Shown here: positions 9,028-19,496 of the stretch, piece after piece | Layout: the number at the start of each line of letters is the position of its first letter | Numbering within the stretch: the first letter of the stretch is position 1 | DNA from: Candidatus Uhrbacteria bacterium | GTDB lineage: Bacteria > Patescibacteriota > Patescibacteriia > UBA9934 | Assembly: GCA_943354605.1 (NCBI GenBank) | Contig: CALRCK010000001.1 | Coordinates: 84,936 to 148,935 of the forward strand | Reading direction: 5' to 3' | DNA: 64,000 nucleotides | Notes under the pieces: model-generated | Databases searched by the model: none | What the model was told of the DNA's origin: nothing | What the model saw: only the letters and a program-made list of their open reading frames with translations | Made by a program: the position numbers and the translations under genes

Positions 9028-10464
9028 CTACGTCACGATTCCCGGATCGGGTCGGAATAATCGGAGCAGCGATTTTGGCGACGGGCCACCGAGTGCGGCG
9101 AGGGTGGTGATGTATAGAACCGTTCCCATCGGAACAGAGACAAATGCGCTTATGTCGCGAACGGCGTACAGACCGAATGCCATGACAAGCGATGCTCCAA
9201 GACACTTGGTGAAGATTTTGAGGTCCGGCTTCCATTCCGTGTGTCGAATAACGACAACGGCGGCGATGGTGCCAATGAGCGTTTCGGCAAACAACGACAT
9301 TGCCGCAGCGGCCCACATGCCAAACCGAGGAATAAAGATTGCGTAGCCGATGAGTGTGAGCGTTGCCACGAATGCGTAGGCAAACGTCATCACACGCTGT
9401 TTGCCGATTGCGACAACCGTGTAGGAGAAGAGGGAACCGAGGAACACGGCGGTGGCAGTGGGGCCGAGAATCGCGAGCACCTGTCCGGCCGGACCAAGGG
9501 AAGATTTGATGAGGGTCATTACGGCAACGCCACACAATATGCTCCCAAATGCGAATGGAACGCCGAGCATCACGAGCATATCGAAGCCGTCCTGCATGCG
9601 CTTTGCGAAGAGCGGGCGGTTGTGTGCGGCCCATGCGGCAACAAGAAGGGGGAGGAGTAGGCCCATGAGCGTTGTTGGCACCGTCGTCACCACGTCGATG
9701 ACTTTATACGCGCCGCCGTAATAGCCGATTTCCGTATCGGACCGGCCAAAGAACCACATAAAGAGCACGTCACCCTTTAAGTAGAGCAGGTTAAAGAAGA
9801 TCGAAATGCCGATCGGCCAGCTTTTTTCGAAAATGGTTTTCGCGATGCGTTTGTCGAAGCTAAACGACATTGGAATGTGGGTTCTCACGCTGCGGAGCAT
9901 CACAACGACGTGAACGATCCCGCCAACCACAAACGCGAATGCAGCGGCACCAAGCCCAAGATGCCAGAGCCATACGGCAAACACGCCAAGAAACGCAACA
10001 AATCGGTTCGCGGTTTCGGCGAGCGTTGCTTGGGTGAGCATGAGGCGTTTTTGAAACACTCCCACGAACACCTGGGCGATGGAGCTAAAGAAGAACGATC
10101 CTGCAAAGAAGAGGATTGCGAGGCGTTCATCCGGCGTCGTCGGCAAGAACATCGCCGAAATCGGTGCGATGCTTAAAAAGACAAATGCGCTGATCATGCG
10201 AACAGAGAAAATGGTTCCGAGGATTTTCTTTTCGTCTGCGCCCGGTTCCGAAATCATCTGCGCCGTGGTGAGCGTTAGCCCGAAGTCGACGAGGATCGCG
10301 AACACTGAGGCGTAGGTCTGTGCCTTGGTGAGTGCGCCATAACCAGAATCATCAAGTGTGTGAATGAGAAGCCAAAAGGTGACGAGTCCAAGAATGGTGC
10401 CAACAATCTTGCCGATCACTTGAATCACGGTGTTTTTCGCGAGCGCGCTGCGTTCGGTGGACAT
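9028..10464 (-). CDS. Polysaccharide flippase (Wzx-like, MOP superfamily)
   Basis: LAKNTVIQVIGKI N-terminus, LVDFGL, IGYYGGAYK, and many TM helices. Confidence 0.85.
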   Translation of the reverse strand: MSTERSALAKNTVIQVIGKIVGTILGLVTFWLLIHTLDDSGYGALTKAQTYASVFAILVDFGLTLTTAQMISEPGADEKKILGTIFSVRMISAFVFLSIAPISAMFLPTTPDERLAILFFAGSFFFSSIAQVFVGVFQKRLMLTQATLAETANRFVAFLGVFAVWLWHLGLGAAAFAFVVGGIVHVVVMLRSVRTHIPMSFSFDKRIAKTIFEKSWPIGISIFFNLLYLKGDVLFMWFFGRSDTEIGYYGGAYKVIDVVTTVPTTLMGLLLPLLVAAWAAHNRPLFAKRMQDGFDMLVMLGVPFAFGSILCGVAVMTLIKSSLGPAGQVLAILGPTATAVFLGSLFSYTVVAIGKQRVMTFAYAFVATLTLIGYAIFIPRFGMWAAAAMSLFAETLIGTIAAVVVIRHTEWKPDLKIFTKCLGASLVMAFGLYAVRDISAFVSVPMGTVLYITTLAALGGPSPKSLLRLFRPDPGIVT

Positions 10465-10510
10465 AGTTAGTGCAAATGATAGCAAGAATTGTTACAATAC
10501 GCTTGCATCT

Positions 10511-12358
10511 ATGCTCTCATTTTTTCGTCGAATCTGTTCTGCATTCGTCGTGGCGGCTGCGGTTCTTTCCCTTTGCCCTTTGCCCACTGCTCACGCAGCG
10601 GTGTACTCGGCATTGCAAGTCACGAATTCTGGCGGTGGAACAATCACCATGACGCCGGGCGAAGTGAAGACGATTACCACAACATTTCAAAATACTTCCG
10701 ATTTTACGTGGAAGAACGACGGCGCAGGGTACGTTTCGCTTTACACATACGGCCCAAAATATCGCACGAGTGTGTTTGATCCTGGCACGTGGCTTTCGCC
10801 AAGCCAGGTGAAACGCATGGCCGAGGCGTCGGTCGCAAAGGGAAAGATTGGAACATTTACCTTCCAGTTGAAGGCGCCAACAACCACCGGAACATACGCG
10901 GAAACATTTAAGTTGGCCTCAGAGTCGTATTCCTGGTTCGACGGCGGGGAGTTTACGTTGAATATCACCGTGAAGAATGCGGCGACGACCACAGCAAAAT
11001 CGACCACTTCATCGTCGTCGACCACCACGACCACGCCGACATCAACCACAGTCTCGTCTGACCACGCGACGCTCTCCATGGTTTCCGCAAACAAGGTGAA
11101 GGCAGTGGCAGGGAAGTCGGTCACGCTTTCTGCGGGGTTTAAAAATACGGGAACAACCACATGGAAGAGCTACGGGCTTCGTGCGCCGGACATGAGCATC
11201 GCGTCCACGGGATCGTTTAAGCATGTATCGTGGAAGGGTGACATTGTAACGTCGACCGTCGGAACCGTGAAGCCGGGGGAGACGGCATATGTGACGTTTG
11301 CGATTACGGCGCCAAAAACGAACGGCACACACACGGCGAAATTCCAGTTTACCGCAAACGATGCCGCCGTTGACGATACATTTGTTTCTATTCCGGTTGA
11401 GGTTACCGGTGGCGCCGCTGAAGCAATCAATGCACCGAAGGACGACAGCGTTGACGATGGAAGTCAGAGTGTTGCGTACATCGACGAACCAACGATTCGT
11501 GTTGGTGTGCTTATTGTGGACGAGGAAACGGATAGCCAAGTCGTCATTACGTCGGACGACAGTGATTTCGACGTAAAGGATATTGATGGCAACTTGTTGG
11601 CCGAAATGAAAAAGGGGCAATCGGTGACTGCAGCGTGGAACGGAAAAACATACACATTCGATAGGGGGAAGGGTGTTGAGAAAGTTTCAAGCGGCATCCG
11701 GTTTATTCCAAAAACCGTAAATGCAGTGATGAAAGTCTCGAATTTTGATCGTAAAGTGACACGTGGGTCGTCGTTTACGGACAATACGTTCCGAAACATT
11801 CTTGAACTTCGATACAACACGCCAAACGATCGCACATGGCTCATCAACGAGCTGCCGATGGAGTATTACCTTCGCGGCTTGGCGGAAACATCCAACATCT
11901 CGCCAGCAGAATTCCAGAAAACGCTCATCACCGCAGCGCGAACGTACGCGTTTTATCACTGGAGCCGCGCCACAAAACATAAGAGCGAATATTTCCACGT
12001 GGATGCGTGGCTCGATCAGGTCTATAAAGGGTACGGTCAAGAAGCTCGAACGCCGAATCTCACCGCAGCAGTGGACGCAACGCGTGGAAGAATTGTGACG
12101 TATCAAGGCGAGACGGCAATTACGCCATACTTCTCCCGTAGTGACGGCCGTACGCGAAGTTGGAGCGAGGTGTGGTACGGCACGGTGCCATGGTGTGTGG
12201 GCGTTACAGTTCCGGCTGATGCTGGAAAGACGTTGTGGGGACATGGCGTTGGAATGTCCGCATCTGGCGCGCTCGCGATGGCCAACGACGGCCAAACATA
12301 CGACCAAATCCTGAAATACTTTTACACGGGCATTGATGTGACGAAAAAGTGGGAATAG
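10511..12358 (+). CDS. SpoIID/LytB-domain secreted protein with N-terminal Ig-like domains
   Basis: INELPMEYYLRGLAE, AARTYA, DQVYKGY, GHGVGMSASGA and YDQILKYFYTG motifs. Signal peptide present. Confidence 0.85.
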   Translation: MLSFFRRICSAFVVAAAVLSLCPLPTAHAAVYSALQVTNSGGGTITMTPGEVKTITTTFQNTSDFTWKNDGAGYVSLYTYGPKYRTSVFDPGTWLSPSQVKRMAEASVAKGKIGTFTFQLKAPTTTGTYAETFKLASESYSWFDGGEFTLNITVKNAATTTAKSTTSSSSTTTTTPTSTTVSSDHATLSMVSANKVKAVAGKSVTLSAGFKNTGTTTWKSYGLRAPDMSIASTGSFKHVSWKGDIVTSTVGTVKPGETAYVTFAITAPKTNGTHTAKFQFTANDAAVDDTFVSIPVEVTGGAAEAINAPKDDSVDDGSQSVAYIDEPTIRVGVLIVDEETDSQVVITSDDSDFDVKDIDGNLLAEMKKGQSVTAAWNGKTYTFDRGKGVEKVSSGIRFIPKTVNAVMKVSNFDRKVTRGSSFTDNTFRNILELRYNTPNDRTWLINELPMEYYLRGLAETSNISPAEFQKTLITAARTYAFYHWSRATKHKSEYFHVDAWLDQVYKGYGQEARTPNLTAAVDATRGRIVTYQGETAITPYFSRSDGRTRSWSEVWYGTVPWCVGVTVPADAGKTLWGHGVGMSASGALAMANDGQTYDQILKYFYTGIDVTKKWE

Positions 12359-12360
12359 TG

Positions 12361-12585
12361 CTATCGGAACGAGAAAATCTTTTCGACGGGTGCTCGGAAA
12401 TATTCTGCAATACGGAGTGCGGTGAAGAGGGATGGCTGAGCTGTCCCTTTTTCGATTGCAACGAGGGCTTGGCGGCTGATCCCGAGCTCTTTTGCGAGAT
12501 CGGTTTGAGAAATTGGCTCGACGATGCGAAGTGAATAGATACGGGAAATGAATCGAATGTTTTTTTGATGAGAGTATGAATGCAT
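12361..12585 (-). CDS. XRE/Cro-family HTH regulator
   Basis: SQTDLAKELGISRQALVAIEKGTAQPSLFTALRIAEYF. Confidence 0.85.
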   Translation of the reverse strand: MHSYSHQKNIRFISRIYSLRIVEPISQTDLAKELGISRQALVAIEKGTAQPSLFTALRIAEYFRAPVEKIFSFR

Positions 12586-12686
12586 AAGGAGGATCTGAAC
12601 TGATCTTTGATGGGGTTGTGAGGAATAGCGTGATGACGAATGCACATCATCGGCGATCCTGGGTGTGCGATTTGAATATTGATGTT

Positions 12687-12760
12687 TGTCAAGTTGACTT
12701 TACATTTCACGTCGATATTTGCCAATGATTTTGCACGTCGAGTGTCAAGTCAACTTGACA
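12687..12760. promoter_or_regulatory. Two palindromic operator-like sites upstream of the XRE gene
   Basis: TGTCAAGT-TG-ACTTTACA (12687-12704) and the perfect TGTCAAGT-CA-ACTTGACA (12743-12760). Confidence 0.6.
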
Positions 12761-12880
12761 GTTGTGAATTGTATTATTGGACACTTAATCGCCGAGCGTG
12801 TGGCGTTACCGTCGTCGATGTCGGTATCTCTGCTTGGTTCCCTCTCACTCCATCCAAGATCAGTTCACTCCGGATCAGCG

Positions 12881-13453
12881 CTATTCACCCGGTACTTCTT
12901 CTTCATGATGCACTGCATGTCCGTGGGTGTTTTTACAGGTTTTCGCAAGTCCTCCAATCGCAATCTTCACGTCCTCGGGATTATCAATATTTTTGAATTG
13001 GAACCTCTCGCGTTCTGCCGCGGTTTGCACAAAGACGTCGCCAAACGTGAGGAACGTTGCAAGCAATCCTTTTTGTTCGCTTGTCACGTCTTGAATTTGG
13101 TAGAGGTACACCTCGGAAACCACGCGGTTGAACAGTCCTTGCTGTTCCGTATTGATGATACGTTCGGTGGTGACGATCCATACATCAAGCCAGTAATCGG
13201 TCACTTCAGTGAGGGTGAGGACGAGAATGACGAGAAGGTAGGCGACGAGGGTTACTACGAGTGCCGGACCCCAGAACACGTGAGCAATGAGATCTGGATT
13301 CGCAAACTCGATGAGCGTCCCAACGACGACGGGAAGCACAAAGAGCACGCCGCTAAAGAAGAAAATGCGGATAAGATCAATCCAATGCCTGCGCAAAAAA
13401 AGCACGACTTTCTCGTTCGGCAATGCGTTCGGAAGGGTACTGAGATTCATCAT
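12881..13453 (-). CDS. Bacterial PH-domain (bPH_2-like) membrane protein
   Basis: EKVVLFLRRHW, DVWIVTTERIINTEQQGLF, IQDVT and FGDVFVQTA motifs. Confidence 0.8.
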   Translation of the reverse strand: MMNLSTLPNALPNEKVVLFLRRHWIDLIRIFFFSGVLFVLPVVVGTLIEFANPDLIAHVFWGPALVVTLVAYLLVILVLTLTEVTDYWLDVWIVTTERIINTEQQGLFNRVVSEVYLYQIQDVTSEQKGLLATFLTFGDVFVQTAAERERFQFKNIDNPEDVKIAIGGLAKTCKNTHGHAVHHEEEVPGE

Positions 13454-13719
13454 AAGCCAAAGGACGACGAGCTGCCGCCGGTAAACGGAAGAATGTCGCG
13501 AAGCGTCACAGTTTCGGTCCACTTGATATCGAGAAGTGCGGTGACCCCAAGAACAAAAACAAAGAGATAACTCACGATGTACACCAAAATGAGCGCAATC
13601 GCGCCGCGACCAACCACGCCGTAGCGTGCAAGGTGGAAAATGTTAAAAAAGAGAAACAGTGCCGTGAACGCAACAATGAACGCAAGCGGCACGAGGAGAA
13701 TCCACAATGGAATATCCAT
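13450..13719 (-). CDS. Small two-TM hypothetical protein
   Basis: Hydrophobic ORF whose stop overlaps the next start. A -10 box TACAAT lies just upstream. Confidence 0.65.
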   Translation of the reverse strand: MDIPLWILLVPLAFIVAFTALFLFFNIFHLARYGVVGRGAIALILVYIVSYLFVFVLGVTALLDIKWTETVTLRDILPFTGGSSSSFGL

Positions 13720-13736
13720 ACGTGCGTATTGTAGCA

Positions 13737-14753
13737 TTATTTTGTGCGTCCCAAATGTTCGTATGCTCGGGCGGTTGCCATTCTTCCGCGTGGTGTGCGC
13801 TCTAAAAATCCAAGTTGCAGCAAATACGGTTCGTATACTTCTTCGATCGCCTCTGTTTCTTCTTGTGTTGCGGCAGCAAGCGTGCCAAGACCAACGGGAC
13901 CGCCGTTGAATTTGTCGATGAGCGTTCCAAGGAGATGGCGATCAACGGGATCGAGACCAAGATTATCAATCGCGAGCATGGCGAGTGCTTCGTGTGCAAT
14001 GTCCGGAGTGAGGATTCCTTCATGACGAATCTGTGCAACGTCGCGAACGCGTTTCAAGAGACGGTTGGCGATGCGTGGTGTCTTTCGTGCACGGCACGCG
14101 ATGGTTTTCGCGGTGTCTTCGTCCATGTCGAGGTTGAGAATCTTCGCGCTGCGATGAAGAATCTTCGCCATGTCGTCGTCGGAATAGAAGTTGAGGTGCA
14201 GCGTGCAGCCGAAGCGATCGCGGAGTGGGGCCGAGAGCAATGAGAGGCGCGTGGTTGCGCCGATGATGGTAAACGGTTCCAGGGTTAATCGGAGCGTGCG
14301 TGCCGACGGGCCTTTTCCAACCACAAGATCAAGCGCAAAGTCTTCCATTGCCGGATACAACACTTCTTCAATATTGTGATTCATGCGGTGAATTTCGTCG
14401 ATGAACAGCACGTCGCCACGGGAAAGGTTGGAGAGAATCGCGGCAAGATCGCCAACGCGCTCCAGTGCCGGCCCGCTCGTGACACGAACATTCGCGCCCA
14501 TCTCTGCGCCAATGATGTGCGCAAGGGTTGTTTTGCCAAGCCCAGGATTACCGTACAGAAGAAGGTGTTCAATCGGTTCGTTGCGTGCTTTTGCGGCGCT
14601 GATGAAAATCGAAAGATTGGTTTTTAAATCGTTTTGCCCAACAAAATCATCCAGCCGCGACGGCCGCAGGGTATTTTCGACGGTTTGCTCTTCCGGATCC
14701 GCTGTTTTTTCAACGATCCGTGGCGCGTCGCTTCGTTCTTCTTCGTGCAACAT
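13737..14753 (-). CDS. ruvB: Holliday junction helicase RuvB
   Basis: [47 protein letters not shown] and RTPRGR motifs. Confidence 0.97.
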   Translation of the reverse strand: MLHEEERSDAPRIVEKTADPEEQTVENTLRPSRLDDFVGQNDLKTNLSIFISAAKARNEPIEHLLLYGNPGLGKTTLAHIIGAEMGANVRVTSGPALERVGDLAAILSNLSRGDVLFIDEIHRMNHNIEEVLYPAMEDFALDLVVGKGPSARTLRLTLEPFTIIGATTRLSLLSAPLRDRFGCTLHLNFYSDDDMAKILHRSAKILNLDMDEDTAKTIACRARKTPRIANRLLKRVRDVAQIRHEGILTPDIAHEALAMLAIDNLGLDPVDRHLLGTLIDKFNGGPVGLGTLAAATQEETEAIEEVYEPYLLQLGFLERTPRGRMATARAYEHLGRTK

Positions 14754-14866
14754 ACGTTATCAAAATTGTACCGTATGGATTGACTTTTCACCATTTTTTG
14801 TGTTGAAATGCGCGCACCGCGACCCCCCGCGGAGCAGGAGAACATTCCATTTCACAGGAGCCAGCA

Positions 14867-16048
14867 ATGGCAAACCCCAAGCCCCCTCCCGATCCCACTC
14901 GTGCCACGATTCTCGGCGAGGATCCGCCGCCTTCCGCCGTTCCTTCGGCAATCCCTATGCCGCCGAACGACCGTCCGGTGCGTCCGGTTCTGCGCCCGGT
15001 CGGTCCGTCCATCACGCCCGGTACCGCCGCATTCCCGCCGGAGATGATCGTGGACCTCTCGCGTCGCACGATGGTTCCCGAAGAGGAGTTCGTCGGCGCG
15101 CCGCCGATTCCCGCAGCGTTGGTGAACGCGCGTACGCTGGGCCTTGGCCCGGCGAAGGTCACCAACGTTCCGCCCCAGCCCCCGCCCGTCCTGCAGAAGG
15201 TTGCGCTCCGCATCACCACGCGGAACGTGCCCGATGCCAAGGCGGAGTCGTGGATCCAATCCCCGACGCCGCTGGGCAAGCCGGTGGCGGTCAACAGTCG
15301 CCTCGTTGCGGTGTTCATCGCTGCCCGGGTGACGAACTTCTTCCCAGGTGCGGAGCCGGGGACGATGATCGTGGAAGTGGATCTCGCGTTCGCCCCGATG
15401 ACGCCCGGCAAGGTGGCGGAGGACTGGGCGCTGCGCTACGCACAGAACGACGCCGAGCTTCAGAAGTCGCTCACCGCGGCCCTGTACATGGCGTTCTCCC
15501 GGCTTCCGCTCTGGCCGGGACTCATCGTTCGCTTCGTTGGTGGGCCGCCAATGACGCAGGCTGATGCGGATGCGAATCGCTACCACGTCTGGATCGACGA
15601 AGCTCGCTCGCCCACGCGGGTGGAGATCGACGACCGGTTCGTGGAAGCGGCTCGAGAGCAGGCGGAGAGTGCGTACCTCAAGGCGGAAGGCGGGCTCTTC
15701 ACCAGGCTGACGCTCATGTGGTGGGAGTGGAAGAACCCGCTTCGGCTCCGCGACTATCGCATGGGAAAACTCCTCGCCGAGCGCGACGATCTGTTGGAGC
15801 TCGACAAGAAGGAGCTGGAGGCACTCAAGACGGCACTTGCTGCGTACGCTGGCCCGGTCATCAGCAGCCAGAGCGCTGTCGCCTTCGGTGACGATCTCGA
15901 TGTGAGGGCGATGATGGAAGCCAAGGGTCGGCAGGGCGTGCGACCGACGGAGATCGAGCGGCCGGAGCCCCCGCGTCGGCCGACGTACCTGGAGCACGAG
16001 CCGCTCCCGGACGGTGCGATGGTTCCGCTCCCGGACGGCGAGGGCTAA
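14867..16048 (+). CDS. GC-rich hypothetical protein with Pro-rich N-terminus
   Basis: High GC3. AGGAG lies 6 nt before the ATG. TTGACT box at about 14780. Divergent from ruvB. Confidence 0.75.
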   Translation: MANPKPPPDPTRATILGEDPPPSAVPSAIPMPPNDRPVRPVLRPVGPSITPGTAAFPPEMIVDLSRRTMVPEEEFVGAPPIPAALVNARTLGLGPAKVTNVPPQPPPVLQKVALRITTRNVPDAKAESWIQSPTPLGKPVAVNSRLVAVFIAARVTNFFPGAEPGTMIVEVDLAFAPMTPGKVAEDWALRYAQNDAELQKSLTAALYMAFSRLPLWPGLIVRFVGGPPMTQADADANRYHVWIDEARSPTRVEIDDRFVEAAREQAESAYLKAEGGLFTRLTLMWWEWKNPLRLRDYRMGKLLAERDDLLELDKKELEALKTALAAYAGPVISSQSAVAFGDDLDVRAMMEAKGRQGVRPTEIERPEPPRRPTYLEHEPLPDGAMVPLPDGEG

Positions 16049-16050
16049 AG

Positions 16051-16104
16051 GTTCGGCAGTACGCGTGACACACGGGAGCCTGGCGCGTACGCGTGCCAGG
16101 CTCC
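16051..16104 (+). promoter_or_regulatory. Conserved 3' motif plus terminator-like hairpin
   Basis: GTTCGGCAGTACGCGTGACACACG, followed by GGAGCCTGGC...GCCAGGCTCC. Confidence 0.7.
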
Positions 16105-16149
16105 TGCTTGTTTGAAACGAAATTATCGGGCAGAATGGTGGGGTGTGAG

Positions 16150-16268
16150 GAGATAAGAACTTTCTCATTTCAGACCAGTTTCGGTGCGCAAGGAGCAAAG
16201 TTCGCGAGGCGTACTTCTCGGTACGTTGAGCGAATTTGCGACGCAGCAAGCCGAAAATGGGCGAAATG
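16150..16268 (+). repeat. ~110-nt structured hairpin repeat, copy 2 of 3
   Basis: Homologous to 2949-3065 and 26831-26934. Ends 15 nt before tRNA-Leu. Confidence 0.85.
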
Positions 16269-16283
16269 ACGAAGTTCTTGTGA

Positions 16284-16369
16284 GCCGAGATGGCGGAATG
16301 GTATACGCAAGACACTTAAAATGTCTGGATCGAAAGGTCATGCGGGTTCGACTCCCGCTCTTGGCACCA
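16284..16369 (+). tRNA. tRNA-Leu(TAA)
   Basis: Cloverleaf with anticodon arm AGACA-CTTAAAA-TGTCT, long variable arm, GGTTCGACTCC and encoded CCA. Confidence 0.95.
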
Positions 16370-16448
16370 GAAACGCATCGCCGAAAGGCGGTGTTTTTCT
16401 TTTCTGTGTGTTTCCTTTTGTGATAAGGTTTCATTATTGATTCCCCGT

Positions 16449-16907
16449 ATGAACAAAATCCTTACCTTGTGTGTGATCGCCGAACCGCATCGTGTGTTGC
16501 TTGGCATGAAGAAGCGCGGATTTGGGGCAGGGAAGTGGAATGGATTTGGAGGAAAGGTTGCAGAGGGCGAGTCCATTGAAGACGCGGCAAGGCGGGAAGT
16601 TACCGAAGAGTGCAGCCTCGTCGTCGAATCGATGAGCGCTGGCGGTGTTCTCGAATTTACGTTTGAAGGTCAGGATGGAATTCTCGAGGTTCACCTGTTC
16701 CGCGTGGATCGGTGGCACGGCGATGTCGTCGAGTCTGAAGAAATGCGGCCGCAATGGTTCGCGATCGAAGACATTCCGTATACGGAGATGTGGCCGGACG
16801 ATACATTTTGGTTGCCGGCGTTTTTAGAAGGAAAAACATGTAGCGGTGCGTTTCATTTTGCGCCAGACGGATCAATCGCGCGCCAGACGCTTACGATCGG
16901 AGAGTAA
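16449..16907 (+). CDS. Nudix hydrolase, 8-oxo-dGTPase (MTH1/NUDT1-like)
   Basis: LLGMKKRGFGAGKWNGFGGKV..GESIEDAARREVTEE, ESEEMRPQWF and MWPDD..WLP. Confidence 0.9.
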   Translation: MNKILTLCVIAEPHRVLLGMKKRGFGAGKWNGFGGKVAEGESIEDAARREVTEECSLVVESMSAGGVLEFTFEGQDGILEVHLFRVDRWHGDVVESEEMRPQWFAIEDIPYTEMWPDDTFWLPAFLEGKTCSGAFHFAPDGSIARQTLTIGE

Positions 16908-16911
16908 ATAT

Positions 16912-17388
16912 ATGGAATCAACCGACCGCTATCGTCCAAACGCTGCGCTATTGCTCACCGACGGCCACGGCCGCGTGTTGTGCTGTGAGCGACACGACGA
17001 CACGTACGGCGATGCGCTGCAGATCGTTCAGGGCGGAATCGATGACGGGGAGAGCGTGATCGACGCAGCACTACGCGAAGCGTCGGAGGAGCTTGGCGTC
17101 GATCCGTCGGTGATCACAATTCTCGGAACGATGGAGAAGGCCTTTCGCTATCGTTGGGACGACGCGTATATCGCAAAATTTCCTGGTGGTTTCGTCGGTC
17201 AAGAACAGCATTATGTGTTTGGTCAGATGGAGCCGGGCACGCCGATGAACTTGGATGCACATCATCGCGAATTTGTTCGCGTGTATTGGGGGAGTCCGCA
17301 GGAACTCATCGAAGGCTGTTGGGAAATGAAACGGCCCGGGCTTATTGCTGCGCTACAGTATTTTGGATTGTTGGACGTGAAATTTTGA
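16912..17388 (+). CDS. Nudix hydrolase, RppH-like
   Basis: YRPNA, QGGIDDGES..DAALREASEELG and GQEQHY. Confidence 0.75.
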   Translation: MESTDRYRPNAALLLTDGHGRVLCCERHDDTYGDALQIVQGGIDDGESVIDAALREASEELGVDPSVITILGTMEKAFRYRWDDAYIAKFPGGFVGQEQHYVFGQMEPGTPMNLDAHHREFVRVYWGSPQELIEGCWEMKRPGLIAALQYFGLLDVKF

Positions 17389-18403
17389 GCGTGAAAGGCA
17401 GGTCGTGTGCGGTAAGAACCTTCGCTGCATCGTCGGCATTCATGAGTGTGACGTGTTCTTTGGAATCGGAGACTGGAACAAACGTCATCGTGATGGAATT
17501 GGTGTCGATGTCAAAGCCGAGTGTGAGGCCTTGTTGTGTTGGAATGCTCCAGTCTTGATCAAAGAGGAAGTTACCGAGGGAGTAGATAATCGGAACTCCT
17601 TTGTAGTTTTCGTAGGTTTGAATGACATGAGGATGCGCGCCGATGATCGCATCGGCGCCGGAATCGATGAAGAGATGGGCAGCATCAGTTTGCGCACTGC
17701 TCGGCGTGTCTTGATATTCGTTTCCCCAATGCGGGAAGACGATCACGAAGTTGCCCGCAGCTTTTTCTGCTTTGATCGCATCAACGATCGATTCTGGTTC
17801 CTCGCCGAATACATGAAAGCCGATGAAGGAAATCGAAATACCGTTGATCGTTGCGTGTCCAATAAAATCCTTGCTGGTGTACGGATCGCCGAACGGTGTC
17901 ATGCCGAGGTCCACGATTGTACTTCGAGTAGACGCAACAACTGCCGATCCGTAGTTGTCACTATGATTATTTGAGAGCGAAACGAAATCAACACCGGCAT
18001 CAGCAACAGTTTTTGCAATCGTTGGCGTCGTGTCGAACGTGAATCCGTCGAGTTCTTGATTTGGCGCGTTCCGGATCGTGCCTTCGAAGTTTCCAATGGT
18101 GAGATCTGGTGCAGAAAGATACTCAGCGATATCGCTGAGCGGATATTCGAGATTCGTTTTTCCAATTCTCCATTCCACGCCGCGAGCGAGCATGATGTCG
18201 CCGATGAAGAGGAGTCGCGCAACGGATGGTGTAGAGACGTCCCCGCTGGGGCGTCTCGAATCTTTGAGCGCGTTTGATTGTTCGATCCGGAATTGTTCGA
18301 TCGGCAAGAACGATGGCAACACAATCGTCCCAAGAACTGCGCCTATCGAAAAGACGCAGGTGAGGTACAGATTCATGAATGCGATGGATCGGGTGGGGAG
18401 CAT
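17342..18403 (-). CDS. CapA (PGA_cap) family metallophosphoesterase
   Basis: GDIMLAR, GNFEG, SLSNNHS.NYG, PHWGNEY, GAHPHVIQ and YSLGNFLFDQ. Confidence 0.9.
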   Translation of the reverse strand: MLPTRSIAFMNLYLTCVFSIGAVLGTIVLPSFLPIEQFRIEQSNALKDSRRPSGDVSTPSVARLLFIGDIMLARGVEWRIGKTNLEYPLSDIAEYLSAPDLTIGNFEGTIRNAPNQELDGFTFDTTPTIAKTVADAGVDFVSLSNNHSDNYGSAVVASTRSTIVDLGMTPFGDPYTSKDFIGHATINGISISFIGFHVFGEEPESIVDAIKAEKAAGNFVIVFPHWGNEYQDTPSSAQTDAAHLFIDSGADAIIGAHPHVIQTYENYKGVPIIYSLGNFLFDQDWSIPTQQGLTLGFDIDTNSITMTFVPVSDSKEHVTLMNADDAAKVLTAHDLPFTLKISRPTIQNTVAQQ

Positions 18404-18454
18404 GGAAAGGATGATAGCAGAGAACAAAAAAACCCGACCGGAGTCGGGATTTTT

Positions 18455-18529
<75 letters not shown>

Positions 18530-18618
18530 ATTTCGCTCGTTTCTTGCCGCAAAACTATATCACGGGGCTTTTTCTTGGTCAACGGCAACGCCGCCCGATT
18601 CGGGCGGCGTTTGAAGGG

Positions 18619-19230
18619 TTACGATTTCAGAATGAGTCGCGTGTATCCTCGCTCAAGGCGAGAAATACGTTCCTCGTGATCGCGTTGAACCGGGACGAGG
18701 GGCTCGAGAATGGTGGAGATTGAATTGACTTCAGTTGCGATGGTTTCGAGAAGTTCATCGTGATGATCGAACCGCTGTTCATGACGCCGCAATGTTTCTT
18801 GGACGTCATTCACTTCAGTCGCGACAGCCTCGAGAAGTCCGTCATGGTGATCGAATCGTTGCTCATGGCGTCGCAATGTTTCTTGGACGCCGTTCACTTC
18901 TGTTGCGACAGTCTCGATGAGATCGTCGAGGTGATCAATTTTTTGGTCGAGATGATCAAATTGTTGATCGATCGCAGTGAACCGTCCGTCGAACCCATTG
19001 AGTCGCATATCAATACCATCAAGCCGCGTATCAATGCCCTCGAATCGCGCATCTGCCGCGTCGAACCTTGCATCCGTCGCGTCAAATCGCGTATCGATGC
19101 CGTCGAATCGCACGTGGATTCCATCAAATCGTTTTTCATGGCCATCGAATCGGTTTCGGACTTCATCGCGAAACTCTGTGAGAAGTTCCACCATTTCTTT
19201 TTTGGTGATTGGCGTTTGGTCGAACGTCAT
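18619..19230 (-). CDS. Coiled-coil repeat protein
   Basis: 7-aa RFDG.D. heptads, then 28-aa (84-nt) tandem repeats VATEVN.VQETLRRHEQRFDHHD. Confidence 0.75.
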   Translation of the reverse strand: MTFDQTPITKKEMVELLTEFRDEVRNRFDGHEKRFDGIHVRFDGIDTRFDATDARFDAADARFEGIDTRLDGIDMRLNGFDGRFTAIDQQFDHLDQKIDHLDDLIETVATEVNGVQETLRRHEQRFDHHDGLLEAVATEVNDVQETLRRHEQRFDHHDELLETIATEVNSISTILEPLVPVQRDHEERISRLERGYTRLILKS

Positions 19231-19268
19231 ATGTTCGCACTATAGCAACATCCCATATGGTCGTGAAG

Positions 19269-19496
19269 TTAGGTTGCGAGTGCGAGTTTTGGCGCACGAG
19301 CTTCCATGGCTTTCTGTTTTAAGTACCATCCAATGGCGCCTTTACTTCCGGCCCGGAACTGATCCTTCGCCACCGTCAGCACAAACGTTTCGATGTCGTT
19401 TGCGATGTCTTCTGGCATGTCGTGCTTTTTCATGAGTGCATGAAAGTTGTCTTGGAGAATGGCGAGCCATCCCTTTTGGTATTGTCCGTCGCTCAT
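19269..19496 (-). CDS. Small hypothetical protein (MSDGQYQKGW...)
   Basis: Start overlaps the stop of the upstream gene (ATGA-type coupling). Confidence 0.6.
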   Translation of the reverse strand: MSDGQYQKGWLAILQDNFHALMKKHDMPEDIANDIETFVLTVAKDQFRAGSKGAIGWYLKQKAMEARAPKLALAT

